A stretch of 64,000 nucleotides of DNA from Candidatus Uhrbacteria bacterium. Lineage in GTDB: Bacteria > Patescibacteriota > Patescibacteriia > UBA9934 > GWF2-40-263. The DNA lies in assembly GCA_026395055.1 (NCBI GenBank), contig JAPLZK010000004.1:209432-273431 (forward strand), written 5' to 3'. Below the pieces are notes generated by a model. It was not told the DNA's origin. It made no database searches and was given only the letters and a program-made list of their open reading frames with translations. Shown one piece after another: positions 17,085 to 28,508 of this stretch. The position numbers and the translations under genes were made by a program. Every line of letters starts with the position of its first letter. Position 1 is the stretch's first letter.

Positions 17085-17162
17085 ATTTTGGGTTTTTTAA
17101 AATGGCCTCGAAGGGCCATTGATGAGAAGACTATACAGACTCTTCTGGGTTTCGTCAAATCA

Positions 17163-17192
17163 AAACACCCGAGGAGTCTCGGGTGTTTATTT
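17163..17192 (-). terminator. intrinsic terminator acacccgag-actcct-cgggtgt + U-run, 3' of gyrB
   Basis: Hairpin immediately after the gyrB stop. Confidence 0.55.
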
Positions 17193-19286
<2,094 letters not shown>

Positions 19287-19357
19287 TCAGGTGAGTTGAT
19301 GGGAAAAGGATAACATGTTTTGGAAAGAGGGGGAATACGCGTTATACTGTATGCACT

Positions 19358-20266
19358 ATGCCAGACTCAAACAACAACATTCTTTTACAAGAAGAAAAAC
19401 AAGACTCCAAATTGTATCGTCGAACGCTGTGGTGGGTTGAGCATCGCGAACAGTTGGGAAAAATTGGAATCATCCTTCTGATTATTTTAGATGCATGTCT
19501 TGTGTTGTTTGTTGCATGGAGTTTGGTGGATGCCTTTTTGATTAGTTCAGGAAGTGAACAACGATCCGTTGTTGATTCTGTTGCGTTGAATCAAGATGAC
19601 CTGCATGCATACACGGCCGCTCGTGCAGCAACACCACTTGCTGTTTCAGATGTACAGGTTTTTGGTTCAACAAATAACAAATACGATTTTTATACACAAC
19701 TTGAAAATCCAAATGCAGACTGGTGGGCAGAGTTTGATTATCAATTTGTGTTTGATGGGGGATCTACGGTAGTAAAACAAGGATTTATTTTGCCGGGAAG
19801 CAAAAAGCCTGTTGCGGAACTCGCGTTTTCTTCTACGGCAGGAATCGTAAATGTACAATTTCAATTTCAGAAAATTTCTTGGCACAGACTTGATCACCAT
19901 GTTATTTCTGATTATACAAAGTGGTCACAGGATCGTTTGGGTCTAGAAATTTTAAACCCAACCGTTGTGCAAGACGCTACCGGACCGTTTCGGACAACGT
20001 TTACCGTTCGTAATCACACGGCTTACAGTTATTACAATCCAACGTTTTATCTGTTATTAAAACGTGGATCTGCTGTGATCGCGGTAAATAAAACCACCAT
20101 GCAATCGCTTGCTCCAGGAGAAGTACAGGATGTTGTTGTGAACTGGTTTGGTTCTGTCCCTTCTGCAAGTCAGGTTGATATTATCCCAGACTTGAATTTA
20201 TTCGATCCAATGCTTTATAAGCCACTTGTTGGCTCACCAACCATTGATACAAGATCTCTTCCTTAG
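19358..20266 (+). CDS. hypothetical membrane-anchored protein (single N-terminal TM, ~250-aa extracytoplasmic domain)
   Basis: Hydrophobic segment IGIILLIILDACLVLFVAWSL. No recognisable domain. Confidence 0.6.
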   Translation: MPDSNNNILLQEEKQDSKLYRRTLWWVEHREQLGKIGIILLIILDACLVLFVAWSLVDAFLISSGSEQRSVVDSVALNQDDLHAYTAARAATPLAVSDVQVFGSTNNKYDFYTQLENPNADWWAEFDYQFVFDGGSTVVKQGFILPGSKKPVAELAFSSTAGIVNVQFQFQKISWHRLDHHVISDYTKWSQDRLGLEILNPTVVQDATGPFRTTFTVRNHTAYSYYNPTFYLLLKRGSAVIAVNKTTMQSLAPGEVQDVVVNWFGSVPSASQVDIIPDLNLFDPMLYKPLVGSPTIDTRSLP

Positions 20267-20271
20267 GGTTT

Positions 20272-21408
20272 ATGTTTTCTATCGCACGAACGGTTCGGGA
20301 ATTGGCAGCACGTTTGCGATCTATGGATTGGGTCCTCTTTTTTTCCGTGCTCGTTTTATTGTTTCTTGGGATGGCTGCCATTTACTCGGTGGATTTATCT
20401 CGAGACGCAACCGACCTTACGAACGTGAAAAAACAATGTTTTGCATTATTGCTCGCGTGCATCATTGCTCTGTTTGTAAGCTATTCGAATTATCAATTTC
20501 TAGAACATTATCGCGTCTGGATGTATGTTGCGGGAATTATTTTATTGATTGGCGTTTTGTTTTTGGGGCACACGATTCGCGGAGCGCGTGGTTGGTACGT
20601 GGTCGGTTCGTTTAGTTTTCAGCCGGTTGAGTTTATGAAAGCGGCAACAATTGTGATGCTTGCGAGTTATTTCAGTCGACGCGCGCGCAGATATTTTGGG
20701 TGGAAAGAATTTTTTGAAAGTTTCGCCATCGTTTTTTTTCCTGTGATTGTCGTCATGTTTCAACCGGACTTTGGTTCCGCGGTGGTGCTTATGGGAATTT
20801 GGTTTATCCTTGCGCTGTTTGCCGGAATGCCTATGAAGACACTGTTCATGTTGATTCTGAGTGGAATTGTTTTGTTCACGATCGCTTGGTTTGGATTGTT
20901 CGCACCATATCAAAAAGCGCGTATTGCAACATTCGTGAATCCAACAGCGGATCCACTCGGTCAAGGCTATAACGTAGCGCAAGCCGTGATTGCAATTGGT
21001 GCGGGTGGTTGGTTTGGTCGTGGACTTGGGTTTGGAACGCAGAGTCAATTGAAATTTTTGCCAGAAAGTCAGACGGACTTTATTTTTGCGGTGATTGCCG
21101 AAGAGCTTGGATTTTTTGGAGTGACTCTTTTGCTGGGTGCTTTCTCGTTGTTGTTTCTGCGTGTCTCGAGGCTGGTTCGACTTTCTCGTGATAACTTCAC
21201 AACCTATCTCTTGCTCGGAATTGTTGCTCTCATGTTCCTCCAAGTACTCATCAATATGGGAATGAACCTTGGTGTTTTTCCTGTGACGGGTATTGGTTTA
21301 CCGTTTGTGAGTTATGGAGGGAGTTCTCTTATCTTATTTTTGTTTTATATAGGCATCATTCAAAGTATTGCGATTCGAACCGTTCGTGTGACGTATCAGT
21401 CCTTTTAA
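20272..21408 (+). CDS. SEDS-family peptidoglycan glycosyltransferase (RodA/FtsW)
   Basis: GWFGRGLGFGTQ...FLPE.QTDFIFA..AEELGF...G.GLPFVSYGGSS. Confidence 0.88.
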   Translation: MFSIARTVRELAARLRSMDWVLFFSVLVLLFLGMAAIYSVDLSRDATDLTNVKKQCFALLLACIIALFVSYSNYQFLEHYRVWMYVAGIILLIGVLFLGHTIRGARGWYVVGSFSFQPVEFMKAATIVMLASYFSRRARRYFGWKEFFESFAIVFFPVIVVMFQPDFGSAVVLMGIWFILALFAGMPMKTLFMLILSGIVLFTIAWFGLFAPYQKARIATFVNPTADPLGQGYNVAQAVIAIGAGGWFGRGLGFGTQSQLKFLPESQTDFIFAVIAEELGFFGVTLLLGAFSLLFLRVSRLVRLSRDNFTTYLLLGIVALMFLQVLINMGMNLGVFPVTGIGLPFVSYGGSSLILFLFYIGIIQSIAIRTVRVTYQSF

Positions 21409-21467
21409 TTTGAATTGATGAGAAAACATGATATTGTTGAGCCATAAATGGTTGCGCTTTCTTTTCT

Positions 21468-21866
21468 ATGTCTACTCCAAATAAAACAGATAAAACAACT
21501 CAGGGTTTGCGCCTTGTTTCGTATTGTCCCGTTTGTGAAATTCGCTCCAAATCCATGAACGCTCGCACGCTAGCAGCGCAGGGCGAAACAAAACTCATGC
21601 ACATCCAGTGTCACAAATGCCAAAACGCGTTTCTCGCGCTCGTGCTCGTAAATCAGGTTGGGGCAAGTTCCGTCGGGCTCCTCACGGATCTTGCGTATGA
21701 TGATGTTGTTCGTTTTCGCTCGCACGCGGATGTAAGTGTAAATGATGTGATTGGTATTCATGAGCAGTTGGAACAAGGGTTGTTTCCTGTCACATTTGAG
21801 AAACCTCGAAAAACGGCTGTGAAGAAGGTGTTGGTAAAGAAAGCACGAAAAAAACTTGGAAAATAA
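21468..21866 (+). CDS. hypothetical zinc-ribbon protein with a K-rich tail
   Basis: CPVC...CHKC. Confidence 0.55.
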   Translation: MSTPNKTDKTTQGLRLVSYCPVCEIRSKSMNARTLAAQGETKLMHIQCHKCQNAFLALVLVNQVGASSVGLLTDLAYDDVVRFRSHADVSVNDVIGIHEQLEQGLFPVTFEKPRKTAVKKVLVKKARKKLGK

Positions 21867-21906
21867 AAATCCCCACGGAAACGAAATCCAGTGGGGATTT
21901 TTGTTT
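21866..21906. terminator. bidirectional terminator hairpin atccccac...gtggggat + T-run
   Basis: Sits between convergent genes. Confidence 0.6.
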
Positions 21907-21926
21907 GCGTGAGGGGAGAGGGAGAA

Positions 21927-22349
21927 TCACTTCTTTTTTTGAGAAGCGAGGCAGCAGCCGGTGGTGCGGATTTTTGGAATCTTGCACTGCGTTTCACTTT
22001 CCGGCGTTTCGAGCGCGCAGAAGTAGTGTTGGCACGTATCGGCCACATGTGCGAAGGTTTCGCCTTTGTCGCCTTGCAAGAATTCGATGACGTGGTAGCC
22101 CTTGAGACGACTCACATCGGAGCCACTGGTCACCACTTGCGTTTGGCCTTGATAGGTCCATTCGCAGGTGTAGTCCGCATGGGCTGGAGCAACACATCGT
22201 TCGACCGCGTGGGTTTCATGGCGAACTTCGTTGTTCGTCATGGGCGTGGTCTGGACGTTGTTCGAAGTGGTCGACGAGCAGCCGAAGCCGAGAATGGCCA
22301 CAAGGGCGAAAAAGATTGATCGAACCATGAAGGAACCTCCAATTGCCAA
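21927..22349 (-). CDS. hypothetical secreted protein or lipoprotein, Cys-rich
   Basis: Signal peptide with a lipobox-like LGFGCSS. The probable start is MVRSIFF at 22328. Confidence 0.55.
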   Translation of the reverse strand: MAIGGSFMVRSIFFALVAILGFGCSSTTSNNVQTTPMTNNEVRHETHAVERCVAPAHADYTCEWTYQGQTQVVTSGSDVSRLKGYHVIEFLQGDKGETFAHVADTCQHYFCALETPESETQCKIPKIRTTGCCLASQKKK

Positions 22350-22465
22350 GTGATACGCTATTTCACCGAGAACTCCTCGGCGGACAGTGCATCATTCACT
22401 CCAAATTAGCAGGGTTGACTTTTTTTCGCAGATTCCGCACAATACGGCCATATTTCATTAGAAGA

Positions 22466-22570
22466 GGCTATAGAAGCGTTAGAGGCAGTAAAGGCAATAA
22501 AGGCCGAACGGAAACGTGAAAGAAAATACGTTTTTAGAAGCCTTTATCGCATTTATCGCCTTTATAGCCT
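22466..22570 (+). promoter_or_regulatory. inverted arrays of a 9-bp repeat (4 forward units at 22469-22504, 3 reverse units at 22540-22566) around a 35-nt spacer, upstream of rplY
   Basis: Forward units are tatagaagc, gttagaggc, agtaaaggc and aataaaggc. Reverse units are gcctttatc, gcatttatc and gcctttata. The arms are mutually complementary, giving a long imperfect hairpin. Confidence 0.45.
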
Positions 22571-22594
22571 TCCACCCGCCCATAATTTTCCCCT

Positions 22595-23269
22595 ATGTCC
22601 ACATTTACCCTCGCGGCAGATAACCGAACACTCGTTGGTCGCAAAACCCTCAAGCTTCGTGAAGCAGGCAAAGTTCCTGCCGTTGTTTACGGTTCTGGAA
22701 CAGAACCAAAAATGATCACGGTTGATCGCAATCAATTCGTAAAGACTTACAAAGATGCTGGTGAAAGTACCATCGTCGAGCTCGCTGTAAACGGCGGAAG
22801 CCCACTTCACGTTTTGATCCAAGACTTTCAATTGGATCCATTGCGTGACGAAGTTACCCACATCGATTTCCGCTCTGTCGACATGACAAAGGAAATTGAA
22901 GCAGAAGTGGAACTCGAGTTCGTTGGAGAATCAATGGCCGTGAAAGCTCTTGGAGGAACATTCGTTCCATCAAAAGATTCTGTATTGGTTCGTTGTTTGC
23001 CTGCAAAACTTGTTCGTAAGCTTACAATCGACATTTCCATTCTTAAATCGTTTGATGACGTGATCCGTATCTCAGACATCGCGATTCCGGAAGGAATGAC
23101 CATTGAAGACGATGCAAACACAACACTTGCAGCGGTACAAGCTCCACGTTCTGAGGCAGAAATGGCTGACTTGGATAAAGTTCTTGAACTGGATGTCACC
23201 GCCGTTGAAGTAGAAAAGAAAGCAAAAGAAGATGCAGATGCTGCGGCAGCTGCAGAAGCAAAAAAATAA
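22595..23269 (+). CDS. rplY: 50S ribosomal protein L25 / general stress protein Ctc, with a long acidic C-terminal extension
   Basis: L25 N-terminal pattern (R...GK...R..GK.PAV.YG). CATAAT lies 8 nt before the ATG, suggesting a leaderless transcript. Confidence 0.85.
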   Translation: MSTFTLAADNRTLVGRKTLKLREAGKVPAVVYGSGTEPKMITVDRNQFVKTYKDAGESTIVELAVNGGSPLHVLIQDFQLDPLRDEVTHIDFRSVDMTKEIEAEVELEFVGESMAVKALGGTFVPSKDSVLVRCLPAKLVRKLTIDISILKSFDDVIRISDIAIPEGMTIEDDANTTLAAVQAPRSEAEMADLDKVLELDVTAVEVEKKAKEDADAAAAAEAKK

Positions 23270-23294
23270 TCGTTTAACATGTATGGGGGAGAAC

Positions 23295-24371
23295 ATGTTT
23301 CAAAAATTAAAACACAAGTACGCTCACGCACGTGCGAGCCAGAAAAAAATCTGGCTCCTGACTTGCGTCGGGATCGTACTTGTGTTTTTGATTGTGATGA
23401 CTGCGTTGTTTGTTGTTCGATCACACAACAAACCAACATCGAGTGTCTCGTCTGTGCCAGAGTCGGGTGCCACACAAGTTCGCGACCCTCTTACAGGCAT
23501 GTTTGTTGATCAGGTGCATGCGAACCAACAAGTGTATGGCGTCATGATCGATGAACATGTGGACGCTCGTCCACAAAGCGGAATCGACCAGGCATTCTTG
23601 GTTATCGAAGCGCCGGTCGAAGCGGGGATTCCACGCCTGCTCGCCTTTTTCTCACAAGACGAAAAGGTTGATAAGATCGGACCAATCCGATCTGCTCGCC
23701 CTTACTATGTTGATTGGGCTCTTGAGTTTGGTGCGCTTTACACACACGTTGGTGGTTCAAACGAAGCACTCGACAAAATCACAACTGGGGCCACGTTTGA
23801 CTTGAATCAATTTTGGCATGATCCGCAATTTTGGCGATCGACAGATCGAGATGCACCACATAACGTCTATACTTCGACCGATCGACTTGGGGCTTACGTG
23901 AAAGCAAAACAGGATGCCGGTCGACCAGCGCCACTTTATGGTGTGTGGAAATTTAAAACGACAAAACCTGAAGAGGTTTTTCCATCACGATTTACCATTA
24001 GCTATACAAATCCAGATTATGTGTTTTCTTGGGGGTACGATGTTGCACAAAAAACATATGTTCGATTGTTTGATGACCAGATCATGAAAACAAAAGAGGG
24101 AAATGAAATTCATGCCGATAATGTGGCGGTCGTTATCACAGATGTTGCGGTGATTGATACGTATGGCAGAAAATCCGTTCGCACAACAGGGCAGGGGACA
24201 GCATATGTCTTTCAGGATGGAACAAAGACAGAAGCGATTTGGAAAAAACCCACCGCATCTGAACGCCTGAGATTTTTTAACAAGGATGGAACAGAAATGG
24301 AAATGAATCCAGGCCACACCTGGATTGAGGTGATCGGAGATGAATCGCAATTGAATCATCTTGAGCCATAA
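23295..24371 (+). CDS. DUF3048-domain protein (YerB-like), N-terminal TM anchor
   Basis: PRLLAFF...IGPIRSARPYY block typical of DUF3048. The start was moved to MFQKLKH. Confidence 0.7.
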   Translation: MFQKLKHKYAHARASQKKIWLLTCVGIVLVFLIVMTALFVVRSHNKPTSSVSSVPESGATQVRDPLTGMFVDQVHANQQVYGVMIDEHVDARPQSGIDQAFLVIEAPVEAGIPRLLAFFSQDEKVDKIGPIRSARPYYVDWALEFGALYTHVGGSNEALDKITTGATFDLNQFWHDPQFWRSTDRDAPHNVYTSTDRLGAYVKAKQDAGRPAPLYGVWKFKTTKPEEVFPSRFTISYTNPDYVFSWGYDVAQKTYVRLFDDQIMKTKEGNEIHADNVAVVITDVAVIDTYGRKSVRTTGQGTAYVFQDGTKTEAIWKKPTASERLRFFNKDGTEMEMNPGHTWIEVIGDESQLNHLEP

Positions 24372-24410
24372 GAAAACCGTCACTCAAATGCGAGTGACGG
24401 TTTTATATTT
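24372..24410. terminator. bidirectional terminator aaaaccgtcactc-aaatgc-gagtgacggtttt
   Basis: Sits between the convergent DUF3048 gene and prmC. Confidence 0.65.
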
Positions 24411-25311
24411 CTGCGATTACAATGCGGTCATTTTTTTGCAGGTCTTTTTCTGTTCGTGTAACAGCTTCTGGAAAATAATGTTTAATGAGCTTCACAGACC
24501 GATCTGTTTGATCGGGATCGATTTCGATGAAGACGAATATATTTCTAGGCAGAATCTCCCGATGTTTTTTAAATTGTCGAAATAAGTCCCAGTAGGCATC
24601 TAGGCCATCCACACCCGCCACAAGCGCGCGTACGGGTTCAAAACGGACATCTGGATCAAGGATATCCATTTGTGCTGTGGTGAGATAGGGGAGGTTTGCG
24701 CAGACGATGAGGTCTTTGAATGGATAGACAGATGAAATATTTGGATTGCCGGATGCACGGATGGTTTGAAAGAGATTGATGAGTGGTTCAAGAAGTGAGC
24801 CGTGTTGAAAGTCAATGTGCTCTTCGACCTCGAATGTTTGTGCGTTTCGTTTTGCGGTGATTAACGCGGATTGGTCGATATCAACTGCAAGGACGGGGGT
24901 TTGAGTTTCTGCAGCAAGCGTTACAGCGATCGCTCCAGATCCTGTTCCGATATCCACAAAGAGTGTTTTATCTCGGTCACATGTCGAGAATACATCGAGT
25001 GCTTGTTCAATCATGACTTCTGTTGCAGGGCGAGGAATCAAGACGGAGGGATCCACAAAGAAGTCACGGCCGTAGAATCCTTTTTTGTTTATAAGGTATG
25101 CAACAGGTTCGTGTTTGAGTCGACGGTCCACCAGAATGAAGAACTTTTCTTCTTGATGTGGCTTGAGGTCATCTGCAATGTGTCCAAACAGCCATGATTT
25201 TGGGACCTCTAAAACAGACGCGAGCAAGAGTTCTGCGTCCAGCATGGGAGATTCGATCCCTACTTTCTTTAACTTATTGTTGGCCCATTGAAGCGCCTCA
25301 AGGATTGTCAT
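24403..25311 (-). CDS. prmC: release-factor glutamine N5-methyltransferase (PrmC/HemK)
   Basis: GTGSGAIAV SAM motif. NLPY substrate motif, equivalent to NPPY. Confidence 0.85.
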   Translation of the reverse strand: MTILEALQWANNKLKKVGIESPMLDAELLLASVLEVPKSWLFGHIADDLKPHQEEKFFILVDRRLKHEPVAYLINKKGFYGRDFFVDPSVLIPRPATEVMIEQALDVFSTCDRDKTLFVDIGTGSGAIAVTLAAETQTPVLAVDIDQSALITAKRNAQTFEVEEHIDFQHGSLLEPLINLFQTIRASGNPNISSVYPFKDLIVCANLPYLTTAQMDILDPDVRFEPVRALVAGVDGLDAYWDLFRQFKKHREILPRNIFVFIEIDPDQTDRSVKLIKHYFPEAVTRTEKDLQKNDRIVIAEI

Positions 25312-25339
25312 GCGTTCTACAGTATGGTATTTTCGGAAT

Positions 25340-26060
25340 TTTTACAAAAAGAAAGAGACCCGCAAGGAGTCTCGAGAAGAGAGGGGTGAAAAAGATTCCT
25401 GCGAATCCGAAGGGTTCCTGTTTTGGCGAGGTGTTGTCTTGATCGACTGAATGTTTTTTGAGGACGTCCAGTTGGTGACCGAGATGTTGACTTCGTTACT
25501 AGCAGAGAACCCTTCGGAACGCAACTTGATGTCATTGTTCTTTTGAGGGAACGGCACCAAGAAAGTGGTTAGACGAGCAAGCTCATCGTTTTGTTTTAGC
25601 GAGTTTTCAGGTTCGCTTTAACAGAGTTCGCACGATCGCGGTTCAAGTCTTGCGACTTTGGCTTGAGCATTCCATATCTTGCGACTGGGTTTTGCTTGGC
25701 GTGAACGTTGAAAGGGAACTGTTCCACTTTGGATACGATGGTAATTTTGAACATTCGTTCGGCGACAGTACTTGACCGTCATCTACGAATTGAGCTTGCA
25801 CTCTGTCCAATTTCTCACCGGGTCACCAAGCTGTAGCTGGTTCAAGTTGGTCCGGAGACCTATACGTACGCTTTCGCACACGTAGACTGGGAGTTGTCTC
25901 TCCCGATTCGTTGACCGAAGTCATTGAATCACTTGTTTGGTCATTGAAGACCCATGCAACGAGCGAGCTCGCTTGCACGTGAGAGTAATCTCTCAAGATT
26001 CGCACGACCGAAGCCGTTTGAATCGCCAGGCGTTTGTTCTTGCGAACGTCAGCTGAAGGT
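25340..26060 (-). ncRNA. candidate ~0.7-kb non-coding transcript, class unknown
   Basis: An 870-bp region with no ORF above ~90 aa in any frame. The minus strand has a TTGACG-17-TATTAT promoter at 26067-26095 and a hairpin plus U-run terminator at 25339-25372. Internal imperfect direct repeats are present. Confidence 0.3.
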
Positions 26061-26066
26061 TTTGAA

Positions 26067-26095
26067 ATAATATACGAATAAAATACGAGCGTCAA
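26067..26095 (-). promoter_or_regulatory. minus-strand sigma70-like promoter TTGACG-17-TATTAT
   Basis: -35 at 26095-26090 and -10 at 26072-26067, both read on the minus strand. Confidence 0.4.
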
Positions 26096-26135
26096 ATGGT
26101 ATCTGTGGATAACTCATCGTCTAATCTAAATTAAC

Positions 26136-26176
26136 ATAAAATAAATCACTCGAATGATCGAGTGATTTATTTTATC
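26136..26176. terminator. bidirectional terminator aaataaatcactcg-aatgat-cgagtgatttatttt
   Basis: Perfect 12-bp stem with symmetric A/T runs, 3' of the nucleotidyltransferase gene. Confidence 0.7.
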
Positions 26177-26187
26177 CGCGCAATTTT

Positions 26188-26862
26188 TTAAGAAATATTT
26201 TTTGTTTTTACGAACTCGAGTTCTTCCGGAGTTCCAATTGGATACCATTCATCTGTCAGAACGACATCGATGGGATTTTTTTCGGATCTGGTGGCGAGTG
26301 TTTGGGGTAAACCGTATTCTTCATGGACACTCCCTTCAATTTTGACGGGCTCAATCTCAAAATATGTTTGATCGAGCACATATGCACCGCAAACACGATA
26401 GCTTTTTGAGCTTGTTGACTCGACGAGACCAATAAATTTTCCATTTGCGTCGAGTTTCCCGCCGTTCATGAGATGCATCTCGGTCGGACAGAGCATGATC
26501 GAGGTGTTGTGAATCAACATCTCGTCGAGAGCCTCTTGAGAATACAAATCATCACCGTTCACGACAAGGAATCGATCGTGCAATCGATTACGGAGCAATA
26601 TCATTGCTCCGCCTGTGCCGTCGAGCGGGTCTTGTGTGACATATCGAACAGGAATGTTTCGATATTCATTGCCTATCTTCGCTTTAATTTGATCGCCTAA
26701 ATAATTCACGACAATAAAAATCTCATCGATTGCTCTTGGAAGCGCGTCGAGTGTGTGTTCAATCAGAGTTTTGTCTCCAATCGGAATAAGTGCTTTTGGC
26801 GTTGTGAGTGTGAATGGTCTGAGACGTGTTCCAAGACCAGCCGCAAGAATAACGGCCTGCAT
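26188..26862 (-). CDS. sugar-phosphate nucleotidyltransferase
   Basis: AVILAAGLGTRLRP G-x-G-T-R motif. The start is MQAVILAAG at 26862, next to the prfA stop. Confidence 0.8.
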   Translation of the reverse strand: MQAVILAAGLGTRLRPFTLTTPKALIPIGDKTLIEHTLDALPRAIDEIFIVVNYLGDQIKAKIGNEYRNIPVRYVTQDPLDGTGGAMILLRNRLHDRFLVVNGDDLYSQEALDEMLIHNTSIMLCPTEMHLMNGGKLDANGKFIGLVESTSSKSYRVCGAYVLDQTYFEIEPVKIEGSVHEEYGLPQTLATRSEKNPIDVVLTDEWYPIGTPEELEFVKTKNIS

Positions 26863-26863
26863 A

Positions 26864-27967
26864 TTAGTCTTCGTCTTCTTCATCTGTATCAGAAACAGGG
26901 GCTTCTCCAAGCAAAGAACGGATTTCTGCTTGCTTGAGATCCTCGACAAGGGTACCAAGTCCTCCGTTCATGATGCCTGGAATGTTGTGATAGTTTTTGT
27001 GGATGCGGTGATCTGTCACACGATCCTGTGGAAAATTGTAGGTGCGAATTTTTTCCGAACGATCTCCGGTTCCAATCATTCCACGACGAGATTCTTCGCG
27101 TTCTTTACGTTGACGTTCTTGTTCTTGTTCGTACAGACGCGCACGCATGATGGACATGGCACGCTCTTTGTTTTGTTTTTGGGAACGTTCGTCTTGGCAG
27201 TAAACAATAAGTCCGGTCGGAATGTGCATGATACGAATGGCAGAATACGTTGTGTTCACGCTCTGTCCACCCGCTCCGGTTGAAGTTGTTGCTTCAATTC
27301 GAAGATCTTTCAGGTCGATTTCAAAATCAACCTCTTCCAATTCTGGAAGAACGGCAACGGTTGCGGTTGAAGTATGGACGCGTCCTTGTTTTTCTGTTTC
27401 TGGTACGCGTTGAACACGATGAACTCCACTTTCAAACTTTAATTGGCTATAAACATTTTGGCCTTTCATCCCAAAAACAACTTCTTTAAATCCACCGATT
27501 TCGTTTCTACTTGCGGAAATGTGTTCAATTTTCCAGCGTTGTGTTTCTGCATACATGGTGTACATGCGCATAAGCTCTCCGGCAAAGATGGCAGATTCGT
27601 CTCCTCCTGCACCTGCACGAATTTCAACAATGACATCTTTTGCATCCATTGGATCTTGAGGAAGAAGGGCGACGAGAAGTTTTTTCTCAAGAATTGGCAC
27701 GGATGCTTCCAATAATTCAACTTCTTCTTGCATGAACGCTTTCATGTCTGCGTCGTCTGATTCTTCAAGTGCGTGTTTTGCACTTTCCAGATTTTTGAGA
27801 GCTGCTTCAAACTCTGTTCCGATTCCCATCAATTCTTTCATGCGCGCATACGCACTTCCGACTTCTTTCATGAGTTTTGGGCTCGAAAGAACCTCGGTGT
27901 CCCCGAGTCTTGTTTCGAGTTTGTGAAATTCATCACGTTTAAGTTTGAATTGGGTGAGGAGATCCAT
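26864..27967 (-). CDS. prfA: peptide chain release factor 1
   Basis: GGQSVNTT motif and RF1 domains. The start was set at the ATG at 27967 (MDLLTQF). Confidence 0.92.
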   Translation of the reverse strand: MDLLTQFKLKRDEFHKLETRLGDTEVLSSPKLMKEVGSAYARMKELMGIGTEFEAALKNLESAKHALEESDDADMKAFMQEEVELLEASVPILEKKLLVALLPQDPMDAKDVIVEIRAGAGGDESAIFAGELMRMYTMYAETQRWKIEHISASRNEIGGFKEVVFGMKGQNVYSQLKFESGVHRVQRVPETEKQGRVHTSTATVAVLPELEEVDFEIDLKDLRIEATTSTGAGGQSVNTTYSAIRIMHIPTGLIVYCQDERSQKQNKERAMSIMRARLYEQEQERQRKEREESRRGMIGTGDRSEKIRTYNFPQDRVTDHRIHKNYHNIPGIMNGGLGTLVEDLKQAEIRSLLGEAPVSDTDEEDED

Positions 27968-28043
27968 AGGAGATATATTATCGAAGCAATAGTAACACAA
28001 AAGCGTCTTCCAGGAACGGAGAGACGCTTTGTGAATTCAAAAG

Positions 28044-28349
28044 CTAAATCTTTGTTTTTCCTGCAACACCAGATTTTTCTTCTTTCTCTTTTTTGATGGC
28101 TGCACGCTTTTCTTTTTTCACTTTCTTTCCCGTTGTGACTTTCTCAACCTTTTGTGAAGCGCGTTCTGTAAACTTTTCTACGCGACGAGCTGTGTCCATC
28201 ATCTTTTGCTTACCTGTGTAGAATGGGTGACATGCTGCGCAGGATTCCACGGCAATCTCTTCTTTGGTAGATCCAATTTTATAAATGGCACCACAAGAAC
28301 AGGTGATGGTCGCGGCTGGGAAATAATCTGGGTGAATTTCTTTTTTCAT
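28044..28349 (-). CDS. rpmE: 50S ribosomal protein L31 with a Lys-rich C-terminal extension
   Basis: MKKEIHPDY...C.C.........C..CHPFYTG. Confidence 0.85.
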   Translation of the reverse strand: MKKEIHPDYFPAATITCSCGAIYKIGSTKEEIAVESCAACHPFYTGKQKMMDTARRVEKFTERASQKVEKVTTGKKVKKEKRAAIKKEKEEKSGVAGKTKI

Positions 28350-28508
28350 AGAGTGATGGGTACCCACAAGGGGCACCTCTGCAAATGTGGCGGACACTTG
28401 TATATGCCCGTAATTAGATGGCGGGAGTGTAGCAGGAGGGTGAGAAATGGTCAAGGAAAGGCCTGAAAAGCGTGAAAAGATAATAAAAAAACAGATCGAT
28501 TCGATCTG

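Noticed and set aside
17085-17192. Expected rpmG (L33) gene upstream of secE
   Set aside because: No ATG-initiated frame with an SD was found. The gap is occupied by hairpins only.
20542-21243. 233-aa minus-strand ORF antisense to the SEDS (rodA/ftsW) gene
   Set aside because: It overlaps a strongly supported membrane-protein CDS. The translation is extremely basic and low-complexity.
25637-25850. GGTTCAAGT T-loop-like motifs in the ORF-free locus (possible tRNA or tmRNA)
   Set aside because: The flanking sequences do not form a T-stem, acceptor stem or anticodon arm. No tRNA-like cloverleaf could be assembled.
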